DNA of 64,000 nucleotides from an uncultured Planctomycetota bacterium (GTDB lineage: Bacteria > Planctomycetota > Planctomycetia > Isosphaerales > Isosphaeraceae): assembly GCA_963823665.1 (NCBI GenBank), contig CAWGMQ010000010.1, forward strand, positions 800,001 through 864,000, written 5' to 3'. How positions within the stretch are numbered: position 1 is the stretch's first letter; every line of letters starts with the position of its first letter. Shown piece after piece: positions 45,032 through 55,948 of this stretch. The notes beneath the pieces are model-generated. The model ran no database searches and was not told the DNA's origin. It worked only from the letters and a program-made list of their open reading frames with translations. The position numbers and the translations under genes are program-made.

Positions 45032-46735
45032 TTATACCTTGGGCTTCAGTAGCTTCAGCCCTTGCTCGAGCACAAGGATCGCCAGTTGCGCCACGGCCTG
45101 CCCGCCGTGCCCTTCACCGAATGGAGACTCGTTCGTCGCGATCGCAATGGCCGCGCCCCGGCCAGGGCGAATGATGATCTCGGCCGTATTCAGATTGTTA
45201 CTCCCCCAGTGTGAGAAGTCATACCGGCCCTTGCCAAGAGGCGCTCCGACTGCCCAGCCCTTGCCGTAACCATTGAGCGGCTTGTGCAGGTCGCGAAACG
45301 CGGCAGCGCTCAGCAGACTGGCATGCCCCAGCTCGCCGCTCAAATGCAGTTGAGCAAACCGCGCCAGGTCGCTCACGCTCATGTGTAGCGAGCCGGCCGG
45401 CGCCATGCTGGGCGCGACATCGCCCCAAACGGGTCGCAGCACGCCCTTTTCCCGAGTGTGGCCAGAAGGCTGCGCGTCCGCACCCGGCACACCCATCGGC
45501 CCGTAGCCGGCCGAGGTGATCTCCAGTGGAGCGAATAGCTTGGTTCGAATGCACGACTCCCAGGTCTCCCGGCCCGACAGTCGATCGACGATCGCCCCAG
45601 CAATGACGTAGTTGATGTTCCGGTATTCGTGCTTGGTTCCCGGCGGGAACTCCGGTGCCTGCCGCAGCGCCTCTTGAAGCCAGAGTGTCCGCAGGTCCGC
45701 CAGGGAAACACACTTCGAGCCGTAGTCCAGCCCCTTCACGGCTTTGTCTTCCAGGCCCGTGGCCTCGTGGGCTACGAAGGAAAGCGGCATGCGTCGATAG
45801 GCCTCGTGCATCGACGTGGCCAGGTCAGGCAGCAACTGCTCAAGCGGTGTCGCCCACGTCAGCCGTTTATCCTGGATCAGCATCGCCAGCAGGGTCGATG
45901 TCATCGCCTTGGTCACCGTTCCGATGTGGAACTGGTCGGAGAGCCCGACCGGCGTGTCAGCCCCAACGTTCCGAACGCCTGCCACCGCGGCGGCCACGAC
46001 GGCGCTGGCATCGGCAACGGCGCACGCCAAGGCCGGAACGCCCGTCTTCTCACGCACGGCGGTCACCGACTTCTCCAGCCACTTGCCGAATGCGTCTTGC
46101 CCGCGCTCCTTGCGCGACGTCGGCTCGCGTTTGCGCGGCTTGGACGCGCTGACCGGCACCACGACCTGCTGGCCGTGCACGCTTTGCGAAACGAACAACG
46201 AGCTCACAGAACCCACCGCGTCATAGACCAGCGCGGCAGGCTGATAAAACGCGTCGAGTCGAGCGGGCAGCAGGCATTCAAATTGCTGTTTCTCGTCGAG
46301 CACGATCTTCAGACGCGTGCTCGCCCCGGCCGGAGATAACACCATCCTCAGCGTATGGTCCTTCGCGAAAAAGACCGCGGCATCCCATTCGGCCCAGTTC
46401 TTTCCGGGCCATGCGATTTCGTAGACCCGCAGCCTCCCGCGTTGCATGGCGACAACATAGCGCGGTCCACGGGCGCCATCCGAATTCAGCACGAGACCGA
46501 TCAGTGATCCGTCATTCAAGCGCAACGTGCCGGTGAGGGACCGGCCCGACGCGGGTGCCGTGCGCCGCGGCACGCAGCACTGATCGCTCTGTACCCGCCG
46601 AACAGCAGTCAGGATCCCTTTGTCGAACGTCCACACCGAGTCGGCCGCGGCCTGCGCGGCAGCCGCTTCGCTCCCCGCCACGCCGATCGGCAAGACGAGC
46701 CCGGCTCTCAGAAGATCGCGCCGAGTGAACCACAT
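45032..46735 (-). CDS. Tat-exported beta-lactamase-family serine hydrolase
   Basis: MWFTRRDLL; FHIGTVTKAMT (SxxK position), PGTKHEYRNINY, APAGSLHMSVSDLARF, HWGSN. Confidence 0.85.
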   Translation of the reverse strand: MWFTRRDLLRAGLVLPIGVAGSEAAAAQAAADSVWTFDKGILTAVRRVQSDQCCVPRRTAPASGRSLTGTLRLNDGSLIGLVLNSDGARGPRYVVAMQRGRLRVYEIAWPGKNWAEWDAAVFFAKDHTLRMVLSPAGASTRLKIVLDEKQQFECLLPARLDAFYQPAALVYDAVGSVSSLFVSQSVHGQQVVVPVSASKPRKREPTSRKERGQDAFGKWLEKSVTAVREKTGVPALACAVADASAVVAAAVAGVRNVGADTPVGLSDQFHIGTVTKAMTSTLLAMLIQDKRLTWATPLEQLLPDLATSMHEAYRRMPLSFVAHEATGLEDKAVKGLDYGSKCVSLADLRTLWLQEALRQAPEFPPGTKHEYRNINYVIAGAIVDRLSGRETWESCIRTKLFAPLEITSAGYGPMGVPGADAQPSGHTREKGVLRPVWGDVAPSMAPAGSLHMSVSDLARFAQLHLSGELGHASLLSAAAFRDLHKPLNGYGKGWAVGAPLGKGRYDFSHWGSNNLNTAEIIIRPGRGAAIAIATNESPFGEGHGGQAVAQLAILVLEQGLKLLKPKV

Positions 46736-46991
46736 GGCTCGTTCTTTTCCATCGTCACAGGTGAAAGCGCTGTATCGCCGGGCGCCGATCAATGTACGCC
46801 GATCAGTGCCCCGCCGGCAATAGGACGCCTTGACGAGATCGGCAACCTTTAGGTGGAAACCGATCGAGGCTCTATCGGCCCCTAGTCGTGAAACCGCTCC
46901 TGCAATAGACTGCCTGAGAAGCGGGTGCAGTGCACCCGCTGCGCGCGTTGCTGAACCTTTGCGCGAGGCCGCAGTCATTGAGGAGATTCTT

Positions 46992-47597
46992 ATGGGAATG
47001 GAAGGATGCTTTCGTCAGGTTTCGCCGTGGTTGCTTGAACAACTGATTTCAGAACAAGCGCTTGTCGAACCATTTCTTCTGGTTGGCTTTCGTTCTTTCA
47101 TCGAGCAATCAGCACCTCAAGTGGTTGCCGCTCTGAAGAACGATGCGTTCCTCATGGAAATGGCACAAGACATGGAACTTCAGATCCGGGCGCTGGTGCC
47201 GATCGATGCGGACAAGATCATCCAGGAGGCGAGTGGGCCAGCGCTATCTCTCGACAAGAACTGGCAGGAAATCCACGAAATTCTTACTGGCAGTCCGAAG
47301 CCGAGCGGTGATTTCCTGTCGAACGCAATTTTCGGTGGGGCGGAACTTGGTTCAGATCTTGGGTACGGGCCAGCCCGGTTTCTTACTCCAGAACAGGTGA
47401 AGCAGATCTCGGAAAGACTCGATAGTGCGGAAGAACACTTCAGAACGTCTGCTAGCACTTTTGCAAAGGATGGCTTCTCTTCTCCCACGGGTGAGTTGGA
47501 GAGCATTGACTTCTATTGTGAGTTGTTTACGCGGCTTCAGGCTTTCTATCGCAAAGCGGCAGAATCCGGATGTCCAATACTTCTGTGGTTCGCGTAG
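46992..47597 (+). CDS. YfbM/DUF1877 family protein
   Basis: GAGGAG RBS; MGM.., LSLDKNWQEIHEILTG, DLGYGPARFLTPEQVKQI, F..L.AFY.KAA. Confidence 0.85.
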   Translation: MGMEGCFRQVSPWLLEQLISEQALVEPFLLVGFRSFIEQSAPQVVAALKNDAFLMEMAQDMELQIRALVPIDADKIIQEASGPALSLDKNWQEIHEILTGSPKPSGDFLSNAIFGGAELGSDLGYGPARFLTPEQVKQISERLDSAEEHFRTSASTFAKDGFSSPTGELESIDFYCELFTRLQAFYRKAAESGCPILLWFA

Positions 47598-47624
47598 GGT
47601 GGCCTGACACGTAGACGGGAGAGC

Positions 47625-48194
47625 GTGGCTTGCGACATGCAAGGTGAGAACAATCCAGAGGCGAGGTTTCAGCGATTCGAGTGGGTCTTGATCGGCATGG
47701 GTTCTCCAGGGGAGCGCGGGGTCGTGCTTTGGCGTGACTACGTGCGTTACGCCCAACACGACCAAGGATGGCAGCAGCCTCGCCGACGATGGTCGGAATG
47801 GGTGTATTCGGTTTACTTGCCGGAACGTCTGTGCTGTCACTCGTTTGACGAGAGCCAGCTCGAAGCGACTGGTGAGTTTGATTCGGAAGCGAATCATTTC
47901 GGTCAGCAGTTTGAGATCAGCTTCGACACGGTTAATGCGGAGGATGCGGACACAATTGAGGGATGCTATCGCGTACCGGGGCGGTTCTGGGATGTTTTCG
48001 TTTTTATCAGGAGCGACGTGTCCGAGCTTCGGCATCGCCTGGTGACCTGGGCGAGCGGCATTTTGGGCGTGCAGTTCGATGTTCCGACCGGCGTGATACT
48101 CAATAATGATTATGTGAAAGGGTCGATGGCGGATGTATTCGCGGCCGATTCATGGATCGACGCTCACGGGCCTGATTCGCTGTTGCTCAAATGA
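47625..48194 (+). CDS. Hypothetical protein
   Basis: Lower-GC open frame following the DUF1877 gene; globular-looking composition; no family recognised. Confidence 0.55.
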   Translation: MACDMQGENNPEARFQRFEWVLIGMGSPGERGVVLWRDYVRYAQHDQGWQQPRRRWSEWVYSVYLPERLCCHSFDESQLEATGEFDSEANHFGQQFEISFDTVNAEDADTIEGCYRVPGRFWDVFVFIRSDVSELRHRLVTWASGILGVQFDVPTGVILNNDYVKGSMADVFAADSWIDAHGPDSLLLK

Positions 48195-48333
48195 TGAAGC
48201 GGCTCTACGGCATTTCTGCTCACTTCGTCGAGCGTCCGTTTGAGTGCCTTGTTACAAAGCGGGCTCGACTGGGGGTGCCGGGTCATTCGCGCGGGCGCGG
48301 ATATGAGGGTGTCACTGCTGGTCGCACCGTTAT

Positions 48334-49126
48334 GCGGGCCGCAGAGCGGCAAGTGCGACGTTCCGACGCGGAGCGTCGGAACGAGGAGAAGCGGCGAGGA
48401 GCGGGCCGCAGAGCGGCGGGAGCGGCGTTCCGACGCGGAGCGTCGGGACGAGGAGAAGCGGCGAGGAGCGGGCCGCAGAGCGGCGGGAGCGGCGTTCCGA
48501 CGCGGAGCGTCGGGACGAGGAGAAGCGGCGAGGAGCGGGCCGCAGAGCGGCGGGAGCGGCGTTCCGACGCGGAGCGTCGGGACGAGGAGAAGCGGCGAGG
48601 AGCGGGCCGCAGAGCGGCGGGAGCGGCGTTCCGACGCGGAGCGTCGGGACGAGGAGAAGCGGCGAGGAGCGGGCCGCAGAGCGGCGGGAGCGGCGTTCCG
48701 ACGCGGAGCGTCGGGACGAGGAGAAGCGGCGAGGAGCGGGCCGCAGAGCGGCGGGAGCGGCGTTCCGACGCGGAGCGTCGGGACGAGGAGAAGCGGCGAG
48801 GAGCGGGCCGCAGAGCGGCGGGAGCGGCGTTCCGACGCGGGAGCGTCGGGACGAGGAGAAGCGGCGAGGAGCGGGCCGCAGAGCGGCAAGTGCGACGTTC
48901 CGACGCGGAGCGTCGGGACGAGGAGAAGCGGCGAGGAGCGGGCCGCAGAGCGGCGGGAGCGGCGTTCCGACGCGGGAGCGTCGGGACGAGGAGAAGCGGC
49001 GAGGAGCGGGCCGCAGAGCGGCAAGTGCGACGTTCCGACGCGGAGCGTCGGGACGAGGAGAAGCGGCGAGGAGCGGGCCGCAGAGCGGCGGGAGCGGCGT
49101 TCCGACGCGGGAGCGTCGAACGAGGA
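48334..49126. repeat. Tandem array of ~12 copies of a 67-bp REP-like palindromic unit
   Basis: Unit GCGGGCCGCAGAGCGGCGGGAGCGGCGTTCCGACGCGGAGCGTCGGGACGAGGAGAAGCGGCGAGGA starting at 48334, 48401, 48468 and so on to 49073; internal hairpin TCCGACGC-GGA-GCGTCGGG. Confidence 0.95.
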
Positions 49127-49220
49127 GCTCGAGCCCGATCCGTGGGAAGCGTGAGTCTTCCGCTCGCATCAGTCCTCGTCGCGCCTTCCGACTCCGCGTT
49201 TGCACGAGATGTAATGCAGC

Positions 49221-52200
49221 TCAAGGTGCAGGCTGTGCAGCGCCGGGCAGCTTGCCCAGCGCCTTGAAATCGTCTCTTTCGCGAAGAAGATCAAGATCTT
49301 TGCTGTCGAGCGTGGCCTTCGACTGGATCACCTTGGCCTGGATTCCATTGCGAAGGATTTCCACAGCCCGAGCGAGGGCCGCCTCAGCCTGTTTTCGGCC
49401 GCCATCGGAGCCGTTGGCCGCACGTGCAGCCGCGATCAGAATAGCGGCCGCGTGAACGTAGGCGTTTGGATTCTGGGGCATGAGCGCGGGGAGTTGCTCG
49501 CCGGTGGCCATCGCCTCCGGCACGCGGCCTGCGCGGATCAGGGCCTGGCCCAGCAGCACCTGATTATCGAGCACGTATCCCTGGGTAAGCGCCGAGCCAG
49601 GCCTGGCGTTCAGGGCCTTGATGAGAGCACCTCCCGCCTTTTCAGCCTCGAGAACCGTCTGGGCCGGCTTTGATGCCACAAGAATCAAGCCGAGCTGGTA
49701 ATGGCCACGGCCGACGGCGACCTGGTACTCCCAGACACCGGGGTATTCGGTGAGGAGGATCGACTGCTCTTCCAGGGCTTTCCGGACCGCGCCTTCGGCT
49801 TCAGTTGGCGAGGTTGCGGCAAGCGCCTGGCCAAGAGCGAGCTGCGATACCGCCAGTTTCATGCGGTAGGCGGGCGATGCCGGAAACCGACGCTTGAGGT
49901 CTTCGAGAAGTCGCACCGATTCCTTGTAGGAAGCAACCGCCTGCTCGGGATGCTTCGTTTTCGCTGCGAGGTAGCCGAGGTTGTACTCGACCGAGGCGAG
50001 CTCGAGCGGATATTGCGGGACCAGAGGAAACTCGCTCGCGAGCTTGCGGAGCAGCGTCTGCGCGCGGCTGAGATGGGTTGCCGCCTCCTCATTCCGCCCG
50101 TTGAGAAGTAGCGAGCCGAGACTGTTGTAGATACGAGAGGCTTGCCACCTTGGGCCAGGAAGCGGATCCGGACGTTCGACCGCCGGTTTCACCAGTTCGA
50201 GCGTCGCGCGCAGCGTTGCTTCCGATTCCGACGAGCTGCCCATCGCTCGTTGCAGGATCGCGAGGTTGTTCCGATATCGAACCAATTTGGTCAGGTAATC
50301 GGGGCGATCGCCAAACTGCTTCACGAGTAACCCTTGAGCAGAAGCTGCTATCATATACTCGCGATAAGCCTCGAGATCTTGACCGCCGCGGCGGCCAAGG
50401 AGCGTCGCCAACTGATATCGGCTGTCCGCCAGGGCTTGCTTGTCATCGGCTGTTGCATCCGGCAGCCTGAGGACATCTACCCGTAGCTTCATCGCCTCAC
50501 GAAGCTCGGCTTCGCTTTCATCAAAGCGATTGGCGTCCTTGAGCAGCACGCCCAGCCCCTGCAGGTCGCGAGCAAGGTCACGGCGGATTCCCGCGTTCGA
50601 CACGTCCTGCTTTGCAAGTCTCTCGAGCTCTTGACCGGCGGCACGATACGAGGCTTCGGCCTTGACTGAATCTCCCTGGAGCGCCTCAATATCACCCAGA
50701 CGAACCTGGGCCCGGACGGCCCCCCAGCGAATCAGGGGATCGTCTGCCCCCTCGACCATGAATTGCTCGTAGCCGGCGCGCGCCTTCTCGAGCAGCCGTT
50801 GCCGCACCGCCTCCATTTGAGGGATATCAGCCAGATCGACATCGGCGACCTCTCCCAGCAATCCGTCGGCTGCATCCTGGGCAAGGCGTAAGTTCTGCAA
50901 GGCACGGGCGGCATTGTTTCTGGCGATCTTCCGGAGGGAATCGGTGAGCACCAAACCCACGGACAGGGCGATCACTGCGGTCGCGACGAGGGCCGCGGCG
51001 CTTGTCGCCAGCGTGCGGTGGCGCCGGCCCCAGCGCAAGACGCGAACGGCCACTGGATCGCGATGGACCGAGACCGGCTCATCCACGATCCATCGGCGCA
51101 CGTCCTCGGCAAGATCGTCCGCACGGAGGTAACGATTTCCGGGTTCAAGTGCCATCGCCTTGCAGCAAACGGCCTCGAGAGCTCGCGGAACGGTCGGGTC
51201 GATCTCACGCGGCTTGGGCAAGCTGCCCGCCTGGATCTTGCTGAAGACGTCGATCACCGACGTACCCGTCACCGGGGGTTGGCCGGTCAGGATCTCGAAG
51301 AGAATCGCGCCCAGGCCGTAAACGTCGGTCCGCGTACCGATCAAGTCGTTGTTGGCGGCGGCCTGTTCGGGCGCCATGTAGATGGGCGTGCCGACCTGTC
51401 CGACCGTCTGACTGGTCTCGGCCTCGGCGGAAAGCGAGATCCGCGGCTCTCGCGGATCGGTTCCCGTCGGATCGGTCTGGCCCACCACCTTGGCCAAACC
51501 CCAGTCGAGCACGACCACTTCGCCAAAGGCGCCCAGCACCACGTTTTCGGGCTTGAGATCGCGATGGATGACCCAGCGCGAGTGGGCATATGCGACCGCC
51601 TCACAGACCTTGACGAACGGTTCCAGCAACTGGCGCTGGAGCTCGAGACGATGAGCGGGCTTGCCGCCGCGGCGACGATGGAATTCGGCAATCGCAATGC
51701 GCAAGGTCTGCCCACGCAGAAAACGCATCGTGTAGAACGGTTGATCGTCTTCCTTTCGTCGCGACAGCTCGTAGACCGGCACGATGTTGGGATGCTCGAG
51801 CTGGCCGGTGATCTGCGCTTCCTTCAAGAACCTCTGCCAGGCGTCGGAATCGGAGCCCGTCGACGATTTGATCTCCTTGAGCGCGACATCGCGGTTGAGA
51901 TCGGTATCGTGGGCGATCCAGATCGTGCCCAGGCCCCCTTCCGCATGCAATCGCGTGATTGTATATCGCAGCGAGTCGCGCTGGTGCGGCGGGGGCACGA
52001 ACGTCTCCACCAAGACGTGCCCGCGGGCCGGCGGCAGCGCATGGAGCGATTGGCGAACCTCCGGACTCTTGATAGCTTGCAGGACTTCACGCGCTTCGAT
52101 CGGGGCCACCGCTCCCAAGGTGGCACGCGCGTCGCCGTGGTTTTTCTTGAGTTTGCGCTCGAGTTTCCGCTCGACGTCGCTCCGGTCCGTGTCGGTGATC

Positions 52201-52355
52201 CACTTCCGTTCGACCAGGAGATCAGCCAGCGGCCGCTCGAGCCGCACGGCCCAGCCTGCACAGACGTCGGCGAACTGCGTCTGGTCGATCAAGTCATCTT
52301 GAAGCGCGATCACGGCAAAGAGCAGGTTCCGATCGACGTTCACGTTCGACGACAT
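49221..52355 (-). CDS. Ser/Thr protein kinase with TM helix and TPR repeats
   Basis: DRNLLFAVIALQ, HAEGGLG, VALKEI, EAQITGQLEHPNIVPVY, HRDLKPEN, LDWGLAK, GTPIYMAPEQ. Confidence 0.93.
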   Translation of the reverse strand: MSSNVNVDRNLLFAVIALQDDLIDQTQFADVCAGWAVRLERPLADLLVERKWITDTDRSDVERKLERKLKKNHGDARATLGAVAPIEAREVLQAIKSPEVRQSLHALPPARGHVLVETFVPPPHQRDSLRYTITRLHAEGGLGTIWIAHDTDLNRDVALKEIKSSTGSDSDAWQRFLKEAQITGQLEHPNIVPVYELSRRKEDDQPFYTMRFLRGQTLRIAIAEFHRRRGGKPAHRLELQRQLLEPFVKVCEAVAYAHSRWVIHRDLKPENVVLGAFGEVVVLDWGLAKVVGQTDPTGTDPREPRISLSAEAETSQTVGQVGTPIYMAPEQAAANNDLIGTRTDVYGLGAILFEILTGQPPVTGTSVIDVFSKIQAGSLPKPREIDPTVPRALEAVCCKAMALEPGNRYLRADDLAEDVRRWIVDEPVSVHRDPVAVRVLRWGRRHRTLATSAAALVATAVIALSVGLVLTDSLRKIARNNAARALQNLRLAQDAADGLLGEVADVDLADIPQMEAVRQRLLEKARAGYEQFMVEGADDPLIRWGAVRAQVRLGDIEALQGDSVKAEASYRAAGQELERLAKQDVSNAGIRRDLARDLQGLGVLLKDANRFDESEAELREAMKLRVDVLRLPDATADDKQALADSRYQLATLLGRRGGQDLEAYREYMIAASAQGLLVKQFGDRPDYLTKLVRYRNNLAILQRAMGSSSESEATLRATLELVKPAVERPDPLPGPRWQASRIYNSLGSLLLNGRNEEAATHLSRAQTLLRKLASEFPLVPQYPLELASVEYNLGYLAAKTKHPEQAVASYKESVRLLEDLKRRFPASPAYRMKLAVSQLALGQALAATSPTEAEGAVRKALEEQSILLTEYPGVWEYQVAVGRGHYQLGLILVASKPAQTVLEAEKAGGALIKALNARPGSALTQGYVLDNQVLLGQALIRAGRVPEAMATGEQLPALMPQNPNAYVHAAAILIAAARAANGSDGGRKQAEAALARAVEILRNGIQAKVIQSKATLDSKDLDLLRERDDFKALGKLPGAAQPAP

Positions 52356-52519
52356 GGCACCGACCTCTGCAGACCGACCATTCGAATGGGAAGAAGACCC
52401 GCCCGTCCTTTATACTTACGGCAGCCATCAGGGCAAAGTGGCGGGTCTGCGCCGGTGGCAAGAAGGTTCGCGTTCACGTGAACAGTCCAGCTTGCGACGA
52501 TCTTCGGCCGGCCGCAACG

Positions 52520-52720
52520 ATGTCTGGTATCGAAGAGCGGAGCGGCAGCTACCGCATTCACTTCCGCTACCAGGGCGAGCCGCACATTTTCACCCGTGGC
52601 AAAGTCTCCGAAGACGAAGCCGGGTCCGAATCCGACAAGCTCGGAGGTTCCTGCCTTCGGTTGTGAAATCAGCCTACTGGAGGCTGCGGAGTGCGTGCCG
52701 GGAGCGCGGGCTAACCGCCT
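52520..52720 (+). pseudogene. N-terminal relic of a tyrosine recombinase/integrase (arm-binding region)
   Basis: MSGIEERSGSYRIHFRYQGEPHIFTRGKVSEDEA resembles planctomycete integrase N-termini as recalled; no catalytic domain follows. Confidence 0.5.
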
Positions 52721-52809
52721 CGCCGGTTGCTACTGCCCATTTCAAGCCGATACGGGTCATCACGATTCCCAGATCGGGGCGATCTCGTGCGCTCTGGAAC
52801 CGCTCGGTC

Positions 52810-55690
52810 TCAGTCCCGCCAGCGATACAGGATGGTGTCCCCTCCGACGATGACTACCACGTAACGCCCGTCGGGCGAGATGCCAAGCATGCTTACGTCC
52901 TTGTCGAACGGCTTCGAATAAACGACCGAGCCGGTGGTGACGCTCCAGACGCGAAGGGTGTTTTCGGCGCTGACCGACGCGACTTGGAGTCCGCTCGGGA
53001 AGAAGGCCGCATCGAGGACATTGGTGCCCGGTCCCTTGAACGTCCGGATCAATTTGCCGTTCTTCGCGCTCGCCAGATAGAATTCCTGGAAGGGGTGTTG
53101 GGGCAGGCAGAGCAACTGTTGGCCGCTGGGGGAAAAGCTCACCCGGGCGACACGCTCCGTGAGGGCGTGGAAGTAGACGTGGGAGGCGCCGGTCAGGGCG
53201 TCCCAGACCCGAATGACGTTGTCCTCGTGAAGAGAGACGATCCGCTTACCCTCGGGGTGCACGTCCAGGCTCTTGACCGCAGACGGCGGATTGTACCGCT
53301 TGCGTTCCTTGCCCGACTCGTAGTCCCAGATGCGGACCTGAGTATCGCGGTGGACTTCATCGAGCATAGTGGCGCCGACGACCCAGTCTCCCTGCTTGCA
53401 GTAGCGGAGCTTGCCGAAGTTCGCGCCGAGGGGCAATGGCTCGAAGTTCCGGACCGCTTTCCCATCAGACTTATCCCAAACTCGGACCATCTGATCGAGG
53501 TGGGAGGTGACGACGTTCCCATCCGGCCCCACGATGACCGAGGTGATCGCGCCGTTGACGCCGATCACGGGCCTCGGTTCGATCCGTCGGAACAACACCT
53601 TCCCTGTATCCAGCTTGATGTAGTCGTAATAAGAGTACCCGTTGCCTATCTGAACGAGTTCGGCGACCTGTTTCGAATCCGGCGAGAAAGCGAGAAGGAG
53701 AACTCCTCCGTACTGAGAAGTCGGCAACCGGACGATCTCCTCCATGTGCGCTCTGGCCGGTGGCGCCTCCGTTGCTCTCACCTCTTTAGGAGTCAACACC
53801 GCGGTTCCCTGCGCCTGTCCATCTTTTGTCTCCCTGGGAGACGCTTCAACGGCGTTCGAGGACGCCCTCCCCGCCTCCGGCACGGCGGGAGGCTTGGTAG
53901 GCTCATCGCGCCGCTCGGCTACGGCCGTCCCTGTCCCGGCGGAAGTCTCGGCGGCCGGTGGTAGCTGCGACGTCTTCCCCGGCTCCGGCGCGGCGGGGGG
54001 TTCGAGTCGAACCATGAGCTTGAGCGGTTTGCCCGATTCAACGGTCACGCTCTCCCCCAAGAACACGTCATTGCCCCGTTTGACGGCCACCTCATGCTTG
54101 CCGGCCGGGGCTTCGATCTTGATGGGTTTGCCCACCGCGGGGGTAACCGTGATCCGTTCACCGTCGACCTCCACAAGGGCGTCCTCCGGCACGTTTTCCA
54201 GCACAATCACCCCGTCCTTGGTCTTAACCTTGAAGACCCCGGCCGCCCAAGCGACGACGAGCCCCATGAGCAAGACCCCGGCGGCCGCAGCCGGCCACAT
54301 CCACCGCGACCTTTGACGCTGCGGCGCCGCGATGGCCGGCGCTGCAACATCGGAGGGTTCCGTCTCCTTGAGCTCAACCAGGCTCTCCCGCGCGGCCTGC
54401 GGACTGGCCTTCTCCTGAAGTGTCTTGCCCGGAGGCACAGGGACCGGCGTTCTGCTCGTCACGTGCTGCGGCGATACGGAACCCGCGCCGGCCGTTGCCT
54501 GCTTCGTATCGGCTCGCCCCGCCTGGGAGAACTCCGGCTTCGATCCCGTGGACGCGACGTTCCCCTTCTTGAAGAAAGGCGTCAGCGCCTGCGCCACCTC
54601 ACCGGGGGTCTGGAACCGCCGGCCCGGCTCCTTCGCCATCATCTTGGCCACCACGGCGGCCAGCTCGACCGGCACCTCGGGGCGGACGAGGTTAAGCGGA
54701 CCCGCGTCCATCGAGAAGTGGGCCTGGTAAAGATCCCAGAGGTGATCCCCGCGGAACGGCGGCCCGCCGGTCAGGAGGTAATAGAAAGTACAGCCGAGGC
54801 TGTAGATGTCGGCCCGAATGTCGGCCGACTGGGCGTCGCGGATCTGCTCGGGGGCGATAAAGTCGGGAGTGCCCAGCATCTGGCCCTCGCGGGTCAGGCC
54901 GCTGTCGGCCTGGCCTTCGCTGGTCACCTTGGCCAGGCCGAAGTCGAGGACCTTGACGACCCCCCTCTTGCCCTCCGTCGCGAAGATCAGGTTGGCCGGC
55001 TTGATGTCGCGGTGGACCATGCCCCGCTCGTGGGCGTGCTGCAAGCCCAGTGCCGCCTGGTGGATGAAGTAGCAGGCGTGGACGACCGGGAGCGGGCCGC
55101 GGGACTTCACCATCTTCGCCAGGTCTTCCCCGTCGATGTACTCCATGGCAAGGACGATGCTCTCACCGAGCCTCGTGGCCGAGTACGCCGTGACGATATT
55201 CCTGTGTTGCAGTTTGGCGGCGGACTGGACCTCACGGAGAAACCGGTCGCGCACGCCGGGCCGCTCGACCAACTGCCCGCCGACGACCTTGAGCACTTCC
55301 AGTCGCCCCATGAGCTTGTTCCGTGCCAGGTAGACCACACCCATGCCGCCGCGCCCCAGCTCGCGGACGATCTCGTAGTCGGCGTGGTCGACCAGCTCGG
55401 GAGGAAGTGTGTCGACCGGTGGCGGCCCAGCGACAGGGACTCCGGGTGCCTTCAGTAGACGATACACCGAATCGCGGCGAACCGGCGGCCGACTTGTCCG
55501 ACGTGACCTGGGCGTTCTGCAGCCGTCCCAGGAATTCGTCGGACGATAGCACGGCAACCCGGCGCTGGCAGGAATCGCAATCCTCCAGGTGTTTGCTGAC
55601 CGTTTCAGCCGAGGCATCGTCGAGCTTGCCCAGGCCGTAGGCACTCAAGGTCTGGTCGCTCGGGTGGACGGCGGCGGTTGTGACGCCCAT
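52810..55690 (-). CDS. Ser/Thr kinase with N-terminal zf-HC2-like motif, TM helix and WD40 domain (frameshift near 55460)
   Basis: HPSDQTLSAYGLG..HLEDCDSC; GRGGMGVVY, HRDIKPAN, DFG, GTPDFIAPEQ; VRVWD repeats. Confidence 0.88.
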
Positions 55691-55948
55691 GGTCGCGTAC
55701 CCCTCGTCGAGGTCGAAAAAACGGTTGTTGGGTCAAGCACTGATAGAGAAAGGCCGCATTCTCCGCATGATATGCCGGGAAAAAACAAAAGAACAAAAAA
55801 AGTCCGAAGTTGAATCATAACTCGTCTCCTTCAGCACGCCTACACCGCCCAGAACGCTCTGAGCCGCGCCGATGACCCCGAACCGAAGACCGAGAAGATC
55901 CGCTTCTAGCTGACGGTAACCAAGGCTTGGCTGCGCTTGGCTGCGGGC

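Noticed and set aside
48334..49126. CRISPR array
   Set aside because: Units are near-identical along their whole length with no unique spacers, and there is no cas operon in the window
48164..49267. Long ORFs on both strands across the repeat
   Set aside because: Artefacts of a stop-free GC-rich tandem repeat
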